A stretch of 64,000 bases of DNA, from IMG/VR virus record IMGVR_UViG_3300029288_000055, positions 128,001 through 192,000 of that record, one strand, 5' to 3'. Under the pieces are notes generated by a model. The model worked only from the letters and a program-made list of their open reading frames with translations, searched no databases and had not been told where the DNA came from. The position numbers and the translations under genes are program-made. The stretch comes from a virus (taxonomy: Duplodnaviria; Heunggongvirae; Uroviricota; Caudoviricetes). Positions 10,007 to 18,957 of the stretch are shown here, in pieces (the first letter of the stretch is position 1; the number at the start of each line of letters is the position of its first letter).

Positions 10007-10037
10007 CAAAATTACAAAAAATAAATGACATTTCCAA
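10007..10037 (-). promoter_or_regulatory. Bacteroidota sigma-A type promoter (leftward), followed by two hairpins
   Basis: Minus strand TTG-N20-TAATTTTG; hairpins at 9986-10004 and 9961-9978. Confidence 0.5.
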
Positions 10038-10086
10038 GAGTTTTTAAGTAAATTAGTATTTATTTTAAAAATAATTTAATTATTAA

Positions 10087-10674
10087 ATGAAATTAAATAC
10101 AAATAAATTTGCTAAATTATGTAATGTAAGTACTGGTACTATTAGATATTGGGCGAGAAAGAATAAATTAAATTTTGAATATACTAAAGGAGGTCAAAGA
10201 AGATTTGATGAATCTGAAGTTATAAATTTTTTAAATAAAAGTAAAAGAAATACTATTTTTGTAATTGAAGATTTAAAACTGTATAATACATCAACTCCTG
10301 AATATCATAAAGCATGGAGAAATAATAAAAATAAATGCAGAGCATATTCAAGAAATCGTAATCATAAAAATCTTGAATTATCTGCAATTAAGTGGATGCG
10401 AAATTTTTTATATAGAACAGAAAAACAAGGTTTTAATAAAACTAAATTAAATACTATTACTGAATTTGGATATACACCAAAACAATTAATTAATAGAATT
10501 GAATATCAATTTAAAAATGGTATGTCATGGAATAACCGTAAAGAATGGCATATAGATCATAAAAAACCAATTTCTAAATTTACTAAAGAAACTTCTCCAA
10601 GAATTATTAATATGCTTTGTAATTTACAACCCATATGGGCAACTGAAAATTTATCTAAAAATAATAAATTTTAA
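10087..10674 (+). CDS. HNH homing endonuclease with N-terminal MerR-type HTH
   Basis: FAKLCNVSTGTIRYW...TKGGQRRF; GMSWNNRKEWHIDHKKP...NLQPIWATENLSKNNK. Confidence 0.85.
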   Translation: MKLNTNKFAKLCNVSTGTIRYWARKNKLNFEYTKGGQRRFDESEVINFLNKSKRNTIFVIEDLKLYNTSTPEYHKAWRNNKNKCRAYSRNRNHKNLELSAIKWMRNFLYRTEKQGFNKTKLNTITEFGYTPKQLINRIEYQFKNGMSWNNRKEWHIDHKKPISKFTKETSPRIINMLCNLQPIWATENLSKNNKF

Positions 10675-10676
10675 TT

Positions 10677-10720
10677 AACATAATAAAGGTCCGCAAATAT
10701 TTGCGGACCTTTATTATGTT
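10677..10720. terminator. 44-bp perfect palindrome between convergent HNH and tape measure genes (bidirectional terminator or protein-binding site)
   Basis: AACATAATAAAGGTCCGCAAAT|ATTTGCGGACCTTTATTATGTT. Confidence 0.75.
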
Positions 10721-13242
10721 TGATTAACGCTTTGAGTACGTAGTTCTTCCTGATGTATTACAGCAAGTTTATTATTAAATACTTTCTGCATAAATTTTTG
10801 ACCATCAATATTTAAAGTAATATCATTTGCAAGTTGTATATTCTTATCAGCAAATTGAACTTTCAATGGAGTTTTCAATAATGCAGCTAATTGAGCAAAT
10901 ACATTTCCACCATTTGTATTCATATTTGAAATAGCATTAACTGCATTTTCAACAGCAAGAAAGTCATCTTTACTTCCATGCATAACTGTATTAATTTCTT
11001 GAAATGCTGTACCAACTTTTTCAAGTTCAGGAGCATGCTTACTAATTTTATTTAAAGTTGCACTAAATGCAATTAAACCTAAACTGCCAACAGTAAACAT
11101 TGCCATACCTGCTGCCATTGATGCAATACCACCACCCAACATTAACATATCTTTACCAGAACCTTTAGCAGCAGTAGCTAATTTAGCAAGTCCCATACCC
11201 ATTAATCCAATACCTGCAGCAGCAGCACCAATACCCACACCAACTAATGCAACTGCACCACCAAATGCAAGTAATCCAACTGATGCTACTGTTGATGCAC
11301 CACCAAATACCATTATAGCAGCAGCAGCAGCAGCACCACCAATAACAAACCAACCAAGGGATTTAACAACACTTGATAAAGTTTTTGCTTGTTCAGGAGT
11401 TAATTTACTCATTGCATTTGCCAATAATGAAATGCCTGTAGCTGCAGCACCTATACCAGCACCTACACCTAATGCAGCAGCACCAAGTCCAGCACCTATA
11501 CCAGCACCAGCTTTTCCAAGACCTGTCATTTTAGCACCTTGACCTTCCAATAATCTTTTACCAGCAAGACCACTCATACCTTTTGTACCTGTTCTTGCTG
11601 CAATAGTTTCAGTTTCTCTTGCTGCAGTTTTACCAAATCCACCACCTAAACCACCGCCCATTGCACGATCTACTCTACCCTTTATGAAATTTTCAGCAGC
11701 ACGATTAAGTCCCATTGAAATACCTTTCCATATACCAGCAGCAGTAAGAAGAATTCCAGCAGCACCTGCCATTCCACCCCAGCCTTTCATAGCAAGGTCT
11801 GCAAGTGGTTTAAGTGTAATATTTAATACTTTATTAATTGTATTTAATAAAGGTAATAATGATGCTTTTAATATTTCTATTGTTGCTTTAAATGTTTGAT
11901 CAAATGTCATTGCTTGTTCTGCACGATCTTTAAGAGTTTTTTGTTCTTGTTCAAATGATTTTGCTTGTGTTATAGTTAAACTACTAATATCTTTCATACT
12001 ACCAGCAAGTTCAACCTGAAATTTACCTGATTTTGCATTAAAAATAGCAGCACCTTGTACAAGTTCTTTTTCACGATCACTTAAACCAGTACCTGCTAAT
12101 TCTTTATTCATTTTATCAAGATCAGCACGTCTTTGTGTTATTTTAATCATTTCTTCATTTGAAATACCTAAAGATTTTGCAACACTTTCAAGTCTTTGAC
12201 GATCTGCAGGACTAATAAACTTTTCAAATACACCTTCACTATTTTTCTTAAATGTAACTAAACCTCTGGTCATTTCAGAAATTTTTGTAGTAAGTTTTTC
12301 AGGTTCATTACGAGCCAAATACATCCATTCAAATGGGTCAGTTTTTGCAAATTCTCCACCCATTACTTGCAAATTTGCAGCAAGATCAATTGCTTTTTCC
12401 AATCCTTTTGCAGCATCGGCTGCACTAAGTGCATCTTGCATACTAACTTGCATTTTTTCGGCATCCATTGCCATTTTAGCCATACCTTTAACACCAGCAG
12501 TAAAACTATATGTATTTAATTTCTTGAAATTATCGGATATATTTTTTAATACTTTGGTTGTATTAACACCCATTCTTTCACTGGTATCAACAACACCCTG
12601 AACATAATCCATGCTTCTTTTAGCATCAAGACCCATAAATTCAAATTGTGCTCCAAGTTTTGTTGCTTGTTCAACACCCAAACCAGTACCTTTACCAATT
12701 AAGATAATATCTTCAACCATACTTGCAGTCATTGCACGTGCCCTGCCAGTTTCATCAGCAAAACCTTGTTGAATTAATTGTATATCAGAAAGAGTTCCAC
12801 CAAGTCTTGCAGCAAATTTTGCTGAATCTTCAAAAGAAGTTCGCATTGCTGTAGCCTTTGCGCCAGACATTCCAAGACTAAGAATAGTACTTTTAATTGT
12901 TTTATCTTGTTCTTGTAAATATTTCCAACCTTCTTTTATTGCATTACCTACGCCTTTTGCAAGTCCAACAATTGCTTCTCTACTTTTTCTTTCCTTATCT
13001 AATTGGTCATTAATTTTTTTCTGATTTGCAATTTCTTTTTCTTGTTCAGTAACCAGTTCTTTTAAATAATTTTTTTGTTCATTACTTAATTTAGCCGAAT
13101 TGGATAATAATTCATTGATAATCTTTTGTCTTTCAGAAATAAGAGACTGATTTTGACTTCTTTGACTATCTAAACCATTAAGTTCCTTTACTAATTCAAG
13201 TGTTGATTTGTATTCTTCAACTGTTTTATTTTTTATTGCCAT
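10714..13242 (-). CDS. tail tape measure protein
   Basis: 842 aa, helical, Ala/Gly-rich with hydrophobic C-terminal segments; downstream of the tail chaperone; late motif at 13260. Confidence 0.8.
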   Translation of the reverse strand: MAIKNKTVEEYKSTLELVKELNGLDSQRSQNQSLISERQKIINELLSNSAKLSNEQKNYLKELVTEQEKEIANQKKINDQLDKERKSREAIVGLAKGVGNAIKEGWKYLQEQDKTIKSTILSLGMSGAKATAMRTSFEDSAKFAARLGGTLSDIQLIQQGFADETGRARAMTASMVEDIILIGKGTGLGVEQATKLGAQFEFMGLDAKRSMDYVQGVVDTSERMGVNTTKVLKNISDNFKKLNTYSFTAGVKGMAKMAMDAEKMQVSMQDALSAADAAKGLEKAIDLAANLQVMGGEFAKTDPFEWMYLARNEPEKLTTKISEMTRGLVTFKKNSEGVFEKFISPADRQRLESVAKSLGISNEEMIKITQRRADLDKMNKELAGTGLSDREKELVQGAAIFNAKSGKFQVELAGSMKDISSLTITQAKSFEQEQKTLKDRAEQAMTFDQTFKATIEILKASLLPLLNTINKVLNITLKPLADLAMKGWGGMAGAAGILLTAAGIWKGISMGLNRAAENFIKGRVDRAMGGGLGGGFGKTAARETETIAARTGTKGMSGLAGKRLLEGQGAKMTGLGKAGAGIGAGLGAAALGVGAGIGAAATGISLLANAMSKLTPEQAKTLSSVVKSLGWFVIGGAAAAAAIMVFGGASTVASVGLLAFGGAVALVGVGIGAAAAGIGLMGMGLAKLATAAKGSGKDMLMLGGGIASMAAGMAMFTVGSLGLIAFSATLNKISKHAPELEKVGTAFQEINTVMHGSKDDFLAVENAVNAISNMNTNGGNVFAQLAALLKTPLKVQFADKNIQLANDITLNIDGQKFMQKVFNNKLAVIHQEELRTQSVNQT

Positions 13243-13259
13243 GAAATGTTAATATAGAT

Positions 13260-13267
13260 ATAAATAC
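13260..13267 (-). promoter_or_regulatory. late promoter motif GTATTTAT (example copy, tape measure gene)
   Basis: One of about 25 copies upstream of structural genes, always on the coding strand. Confidence 0.7.
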
Positions 13268-13285
13268 AAAAGACCGAGTTTTTTA

Positions 13286-13462
13286 TTATCTCGATCTTCT
13301 ATTATTTTTTCTTTGTGCTTCTTCTTGCAATTTTTCAATTTCTTCATTTTCTTTTTCCAGTAAATGCAAAAAATGTCGTCTACGATATACTGGAAGATTT
13401 TCGATATAATCTGCCTGAAACTTAGCGTGTTTGGTCAATATATATATCTCTTCATTAACCAT
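13286..13462 (-). CDS. gp51-like / frameshift extension of the tail assembly chaperone (58 aa, not in the ORF track)
   Basis: MVNEEIYILTKHAKFQADYIENLPVYRRRHFLHLLEKENEEIEKLQEEAQRKNNRRSR; the frame stays open back to the T9 run at 13493-13501. Confidence 0.75.
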   Translation of the reverse strand: MVNEEIYILTKHAKFQADYIENLPVYRRRHFLHLLEKENEEIEKLQEEAQRKNNRRSR

Positions 13463-13479
13463 TTTTTTATATTCACCCG

Positions 13480-14406
13480 CTAAGTGCTTGGGAAAAAAAA
13501 ATCTATGCCCACAGATAAATTAGCTCTAAATTTATATCCATCTTTAGCCATAAATTCATATGCCATATCAACATCAGGACTTACAGTCAATATTTTTTTA
13601 CGAATAGTATATGCATCCAATGCTGGCATTGCATCAACAAATTTATCAATATATGATCTATCAGTTTTATCATCAATAGAAATAATATGTGATTTTAATT
13701 TCATTGTACTATATTCACTAAATTCTTGACCATATGCTTCTTTAATTGCTTCTGCTTTTCTTTGAAGTATATTATCTTCACCAGAAGTAAGTAATCTGAT
13801 TGTAATTTTTTTCTTACGCATTGGTAATTCAACACTAAAATGACCAAATTCATCTGGTTCTTCAGCAACTTCTTTATATTGAAGTTTTAATAAATCTATT
13901 TTAGTTGTAAAAGGAATACCAGTCCTTGGGTCAGATACTTGTACTGTATAATCTGCACCATAACTTGAAGTACGTAAAAACAAGATGATTGCATTTCTAT
14001 CACCTTCAAGAAGGTCTTCAACAACAATACCTTGTGTTTTAATTTTTCGTTTTAGTAACATATTAATTACATTTCCACTATCAATTAATGAGGGTGTTGT
14101 TAACAGGTCTTCATCTCTTGAAGTCATGTATTCAACATTAACTTCTGATATACCATGTGAATAGAATTTACCTTTTGATGGAAATTTAACAATTTCATAA
14201 GATGTCATCAGATCAGGGTCTGTTTCTTTAGACATTGTTTTTTCAAATTCCTGTTGATTGAAATTTGTTCTTGGTGTCTGAGTTGGGATAGATGTACCAA
14301 CGGCAGGTTTGTTTTCATTAACAATACCATGTTGTTTTTTGTATTTTTCTAATGATGCAGCAATACTTTCTTTTGAAGGTGTATTCTTTTCTAATTCGTT
14401 TTCCAT
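13480..14406 (-). CDS. baseplate hub / tail assembly chaperone (T4 gp26-like)
   Basis: YEIVKFPSKGKFY...MTSRDEDLL...DLLEGDRNAIILFLRTSSYG...DFFFP. Confidence 0.75.
   Translation of the reverse strand: MENELEKNTPSKESIAASLEKYKKQHGIVNENKPAVGTSIPTQTPRTNFNQQEFEKTMSKETDPDLMTSYEIVKFPSKGKFYSHGISEVNVEYMTSRDEDLLTTPSLIDSGNVINMLLKRKIKTQGIVVEDLLEGDRNAIILFLRTSSYGADYTVQVSDPRTGIPFTTKIDLLKLQYKEVAEEPDEFGHFSVELPMRKKKITIRLLTSGEDNILQRKAEAIKEAYGQEFSEYSTMKLKSHIISIDDKTDRSYIDKFVDAMPALDAYTIRKKILTVSPDVDMAYEFMAKDGYKFRANLSVGIDFFFPST
13490..13501 (-). other. putative programmed -1 ribosomal frameshift site (T TTT TTT TTC)
   Basis: GAT TTT TTT TTC CCA AGC ACT TAG; the -1 frame reads TTT TTT TTT CCC AAG CAC TTA GCG... into 13286-13462. 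Confidence 0.65.
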
Positions 14407-14579
14407 AAAATTATAAATTTTTATACTTTATTATTGTTTTCGATAAATACTGCAAAAAAAATTTTTGAATTAATTCAAGATTTTTAAATAAAAACCGTAT
14501 TTGCATATGTAGTTAATAATTATTTAAATAAATAATGTTATATAAAGCAATACATTAAGTTAAAAATGAGTAGAGACAA

Positions 14580-14870
14580 ATGGAAGTAAAAATTTTAGTA
14601 ATATATGTCGGTATAGCAGGTGTCAGAAGTGAAGATATTGACAGTTATGTGCGAAAAGTAACTGAAAGGATTATGCCAACAACTTTTGAAGGTGAAATTA
14701 TTATTCTTCCAACACAAATGTTAGAAGCACCCGATACAAGAATAGAATGTATTAATCCTGTTTATATTACAGATACTGAATTAATTATCAAACATACTGA
14801 ATTAATAAAAAAATTACAAGAAGAGTTACAAATTCAACTTAAATTATTAAAAGAAAAAAACAATGAGTAA
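14580..14870 (+). CDS. hypothetical protein
   Basis: 96-aa ORF, first gene of the HAD-GT-GT-sigma operon, overlaps the next start. Confidence 0.7.
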   Translation: MEVKILVIYVGIAGVRSEDIDSYVRKVTERIMPTTFEGEIIILPTQMLEAPDTRIECINPVYITDTELIIKHTELIKKLQEELQIQLKLLKEKNNE

Positions 14871-15603
14871 AAAATTAATGATAGGAATTGATGTTGATGA
14901 AGTCCTAAGAGCAAAATGGTTTCAATTTGATAAACATTACATAGAAGAATTTGGTGAAGAAGGAACACCTAAAGGAAATCCATATGTATATGATTATTTC
15001 AATGCATATAAATTTGAAGACACTGTTGAAGTTGAAAAAGAATTAAAAGAACCTGAAGATATACCACAAGATATTAATCCACTGGATTATCAAGTGGATA
15101 AAAAACTTGGTGAACCACCCGCAGATATCTTTTTATTTAAAGCACCTGTTAAAACTAAATTAACCTCAAAAGAAGTTTATAATCGTTTTGTTAATCAGGA
15201 TTTTCTTTTTGAAATATTTGCTGCTGCACCAATGATGTACAGAAATATGGATGTATATGTAAATAAATTTCTTGAACAGTATCAGAATTTTACAAATTTT
15301 ACTGTAATATCTATTGAAAATAAATTTACAATACCACCAACACTTTTTTTCCTAAGTAAAATATCAATGAGATTCAAAAATTATCATTTTGTTGACAAAG
15401 CAATTGATGTATGGAATCATGTGGATGTATTAATAACAACCAATCCTGAAATTCTTAAAGGGGGTGCTCCTTGGGGCAAAAAATTAATTAAAATAACAAG
15501 ACCTTATAATGAAAACATAAAAGTAGGGTCAATTGAAGTAAAACAAGTTGCCGATTTAATTGACAACAAAAAATTCGAAAAAATAATTAAATATAAAAAA
15601 TAA
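14863..15603 (+). CDS. HAD-superfamily 5'(3')-deoxyribonucleotidase-like protein
   Basis: IGIDVDEVL (motif I); DVLITTNP...IKITRPYNE (motif IV lacks DD). Confidence 0.65.
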   Translation: MSKKLMIGIDVDEVLRAKWFQFDKHYIEEFGEEGTPKGNPYVYDYFNAYKFEDTVEVEKELKEPEDIPQDINPLDYQVDKKLGEPPADIFLFKAPVKTKLTSKEVYNRFVNQDFLFEIFAAAPMMYRNMDVYVNKFLEQYQNFTNFTVISIENKFTIPPTLFFLSKISMRFKNYHFVDKAIDVWNHVDVLITTNPEILKGGAPWGKKLIKITRPYNENIKVGSIEVKQVADLIDNKKFEKIIKYKK

Positions 15604-15608
15604 GTAAA

Positions 15609-16829
15609 ATGAGTGAAGAATTATTAGTTAACGAAGCACAAAAAGCTGAATTAGAAAAAATAGAAAAGATTAAAGTATCTTTAGCTAAGATTACAAACAA
15701 AAAATCAAAATTTTTGTTTTGTGTACCAGAATCACAAACTCCTACTGCATCAGTATATGAAATTTATTTTCATGCTACTGTTGTAAAAAATATGGGATAT
15801 GAAGTAATTGTTCTTGTAGAAAAAGGTGACTATGTTGTACCTACATGGATTGAAAAAGAACTTACCAATCATAAACACATATCAATGGCAGACCCAAAAC
15901 TTACTGTCGGTCCTGAAGACGTAATGGTTATTCCTGACATTTATTCAAACGTTATGGAACAAACCAAAAACTTACCTTGTGTAAGAATTGGCTTATTACA
16001 ATCGGCTGATTATATGACCAGTGCATTAATACCGGGTACTGATTGGACTGCTTTTAATATTCATGATGTCATCACTACATCACAAACACTTAAAGAATGG
16101 CTTGAAACTTTCTATGGTAAGGGCAAATATAATATTAAGACATATAATATTGGTATACCTGATTATTTTGAAAAAACTGATTTTCCTCAAAAGCCAATAA
16201 TTTCTATTATGGGAAGAAATGCAAATGAGATCAGTAAACTTGTAAAATTGTTTTTTGCTAAATATCCTCAATATTCTTGGGTAACTTTTGACCCTATGTT
16301 AACAAAAAGCAAACCACCACAAGCAATGCGTAGAGTTGATTTTGCAAAAAGACTTCAAGGTAATTTTGCAGCAGTATGGATTGACAGAATTTCATCATTT
16401 GGTACTTTTCCACTTGAATGTATGAAAGCTGGTGTTATTCCAATTTGCTTAAAACCAGATATTATGCCAGAATACATGCTTGAAAGAGATGAAAATGGTG
16501 TTGCAACAAAAGTTGTTGAAGGTGCTGGAGTATGGACAGAAAATTTCTATGATATTCCAGTATTAATTGGTGAAGTACTTGTTAAATTTCTTGATGATGC
16601 AATTACTCCTGAATTATATGAAACAATGAGTAATGTTGCAAATAAATACAGTCAGGAAGCAAGTGAAAAGAGATTGGTTGAAATTTACACCGATGTTCTT
16701 AACCAGAGAGTTGCACTTCTAAGCGCAGCAATCAATCCTCCACAGCCAGTAGTGCCAACAATACCATATGAAACACCAACACAGACTGTTGATATATTAT
16801 TACCACCAGTAACTGAAGAACAAAACTAA
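15609..16829 (+). CDS. glycosyltransferase, GT-B/GT4-like
   Basis: DVMVIPDIY, VITTSQTLKEWL, SSFGTFPLECMKAG (ExFG..P.EA-like). Confidence 0.7.
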   Translation: MSEELLVNEAQKAELEKIEKIKVSLAKITNKKSKFLFCVPESQTPTASVYEIYFHATVVKNMGYEVIVLVEKGDYVVPTWIEKELTNHKHISMADPKLTVGPEDVMVIPDIYSNVMEQTKNLPCVRIGLLQSADYMTSALIPGTDWTAFNIHDVITTSQTLKEWLETFYGKGKYNIKTYNIGIPDYFEKTDFPQKPIISIMGRNANEISKLVKLFFAKYPQYSWVTFDPMLTKSKPPQAMRRVDFAKRLQGNFAAVWIDRISSFGTFPLECMKAGVIPICLKPDIMPEYMLERDENGVATKVVEGAGVWTENFYDIPVLIGEVLVKFLDDAITPELYETMSNVANKYSQEASEKRLVEIYTDVLNQRVALLSAAINPPQPVVPTIPYETPTQTVDILLPPVTEEQN

Positions 16830-16852
16830 TTTTAAAATAAAAAATTTATACA

Positions 16853-17653
16853 ATGAATATAACAGTAATAATTCCAGTACATGAATTTAACATGAAAGTT
16901 TCAGACTTGTTAGACAAGGCAATCGATTCAGTACTTAAACAAGAAAAAATTGAAGAAAAACCACAGGTTATTGTGGTATATGGTGATGCAGCATCGTCTG
17001 ACATGTTGGACTATGAACACAAATTTAAAGATAATCCAAATATAACATTTAGATTTAATACTGGTAAAACAGATTATCAATCACAAGTTAATTTTGGGGT
17101 TAGTTTAATAACTACCGATTATTTCTCGGTACTTGAATTTGATGATGAATACGGCTTGACATATTTTAAAAATGCTGAGATATACACCAAAGCATATCCT
17201 GAAATTGATGTGTTTCTCACCATGATGATCGAAGTCAATGAAAAGAATGAAGGTATTAAGATTACAAATGAAACCGTTTGGGCACAACAGTTTGTTGGTG
17301 AGAATGGTGAAATGGGTTATCTGAATTCAAAATCACTTCAGCAATACACTGACTTTAAATTAAGTGGTGCAGTAATAAAGAAATCAGAATTTTTGAACCT
17401 TGGTGGATATAAATCAAACATTAAGTTAACCTTTATGTATGAGTTCTTACTTAGAGCATTAAATAATGCAAGTAAGATATTCTCAATACCAAAAATTGGT
17501 TACAAACATCTTGCAACCAGAGAAGGTAGTTTGTTTGATACTTATTTAAAAACAATGCCAATTAATGAAAGAAAATTTTGGTTTGAAACAGCAAATAAAG
17601 AAGCAAACATAATGAATGACAGATCAATTGATATGTCAAGACTTCAAAAATAA
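16853..17653 (+). CDS. glycosyltransferase family 2
   Basis: ITVIIPVHEF, AIDSVLKQ, DYFSVLEFDDEY, LGGYK...YEFLLR. Confidence 0.8.
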   Translation: MNITVIIPVHEFNMKVSDLLDKAIDSVLKQEKIEEKPQVIVVYGDAASSDMLDYEHKFKDNPNITFRFNTGKTDYQSQVNFGVSLITTDYFSVLEFDDEYGLTYFKNAEIYTKAYPEIDVFLTMMIEVNEKNEGIKITNETVWAQQFVGENGEMGYLNSKSLQQYTDFKLSGAVIKKSEFLNLGGYKSNIKLTFMYEFLLRALNNASKIFSIPKIGYKHLATREGSLFDTYLKTMPINERKFWFETANKEANIMNDRSIDMSRLQK

Positions 17654-17678
17654 TCTGATTTTATTAACTTATAAGTAA

Positions 17679-18446
17679 ATGAAGAAGAAAATCGATGAAG
17701 AGATTAGTGCGCCATATTTTGCAGAAAGGGAAGAACAAGCAGTTATAGATTATATCAATGCTACTACGGCAGAAGAAAAAAATAAAATTTATAATGAAAT
17801 TTTATTAGTGCCGTTTCGTAAAATGATAGAATCAATATTAAGAAAATATCCAATACATATTGGTAATTATGATATTGTTGAGGTTGAATCAAATGCTCGA
17901 AGTCACCTGATTGAACACATGATTAAATTTGACCCTGACAGAATTACTAAGTCTGGTAATAAAACCAAAGCATATAGTTATTGTCAGACAATAATTCGAA
18001 ATTATTACAAAGATCATAGCAAAAAAAGCTATATTGAAAAGAAAACTAATCTGTCTTTTGACGATCATATTGATGAAATTAATGAAAATATTGAATATTC
18101 ATATGAACTTGAAATGGAAACTCATCATCAATTTGAACAGTTAATCAATACAGTGGTTGCTAAAATAGAAGAAAAAATTAATCCACCAAACGATGTGTTA
18201 ATGAAGAGAAATGAGGTTATTGTTGGTGATGCAATAGTAAATGTGTTGAAAAACTGGCATGTATTATTCATGGAAGACACACCAGAAGGTAAATATAATA
18301 AAAGAGTAACAAACAAATTTGCAAAAAATAAAATTTTATTATTTTTAAAAGAACAAACTGGTTTATCAACAAAAGAAATACGTATTGGAATAAAACCATT
18401 TAAAGAAATTTATTTTATTGAAAAAATGGACTATCTCGATGATTAA
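17679..18446 (+). CDS. late-transcription sigma factor (T4 gp55-like)
   Basis: YFAEREEQAVIDY...FRKMIESIL...HLIEHMIKFDPDR...KAYSYCQTIIRNY (sigma region 2-like). Confidence 0.7.
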   Translation: MKKKIDEEISAPYFAEREEQAVIDYINATTAEEKNKIYNEILLVPFRKMIESILRKYPIHIGNYDIVEVESNARSHLIEHMIKFDPDRITKSGNKTKAYSYCQTIIRNYYKDHSKKSYIEKKTNLSFDDHIDEINENIEYSYELEMETHHQFEQLINTVVAKIEEKINPPNDVLMKRNEVIVGDAIVNVLKNWHVLFMEDTPEGKYNKRVTNKFAKNKILLFLKEQTGLSTKEIRIGIKPFKEIYFIEKMDYLDD

Positions 18447-18538
18447 AGTATATTAAAACAAAATTGATATGGAATTATAAATATTTTAATTATAAATCCC
18501 AAATAACCTGTATTTATATGTACTAAAACTATAAAGCC

Positions 18539-18955
18539 ATGCCAAGACCAATCAGACGCAGATTACAATTTGATGAAGATAGCGTGAATAAACTACTTCA
18601 AGAAATATATGATGAAAGTCATAACATAAAAGCTAAAATTACCAGACTTTTTACTAAATGGGAATTAAAAGTAAAAGAAGGCGGAGAAATTGCTGCAATC
18701 GGTGATCAAATAGTTAAACTTATTGCTGCTGAAGCTAAGAACCAAGATCAAAAGATTATGTTATTGAAATACTTAAAAGAAGTTGTTTTCGATAATTATG
18801 TAAAAGCTGGAAATAGTCCAAATAATACTGCCAATAGTTCAAAATCTTCTGAAGAATCTGGTGATATATCAGCAGAAAGAAGACTTGAATTATTAAATAT
18901 GGTTCAAGAACATTTTGTAAAGAAAGAAGCTGAAAAGCAAAAAGAAAATGAATAA
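18539..18955 (+). CDS. helical late protein, possible terminase small subunit
   Basis: 138 aa, two long amphipathic helices, late motif at 18510; function is only inferred. Confidence 0.35.
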   Translation: MPRPIRRRLQFDEDSVNKLLQEIYDESHNIKAKITRLFTKWELKVKEGGEIAAIGDQIVKLIAAEAKNQDQKIMLLKYLKEVVFDNYVKAGNSPNNTANSSKSSEESGDISAERRLELLNMVQEHFVKKEAEKQKENE

Positions 18956-18957
18956 GA

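Noticed and set aside
11200-11780. GCA/CCA-rich quasi-repeats in the tape measure gene
   Set aside because: Simply encode Ala/Gly-rich hydrophobic segments typical of tape measure proteins.
14490-14510. CGTATTTG upstream of the HAD-GT-sigma operon as a promoter
   Set aside because: Matches neither TAnnTTTG, GTATTTAT nor the ECF-like motif fully; cannot be assigned.
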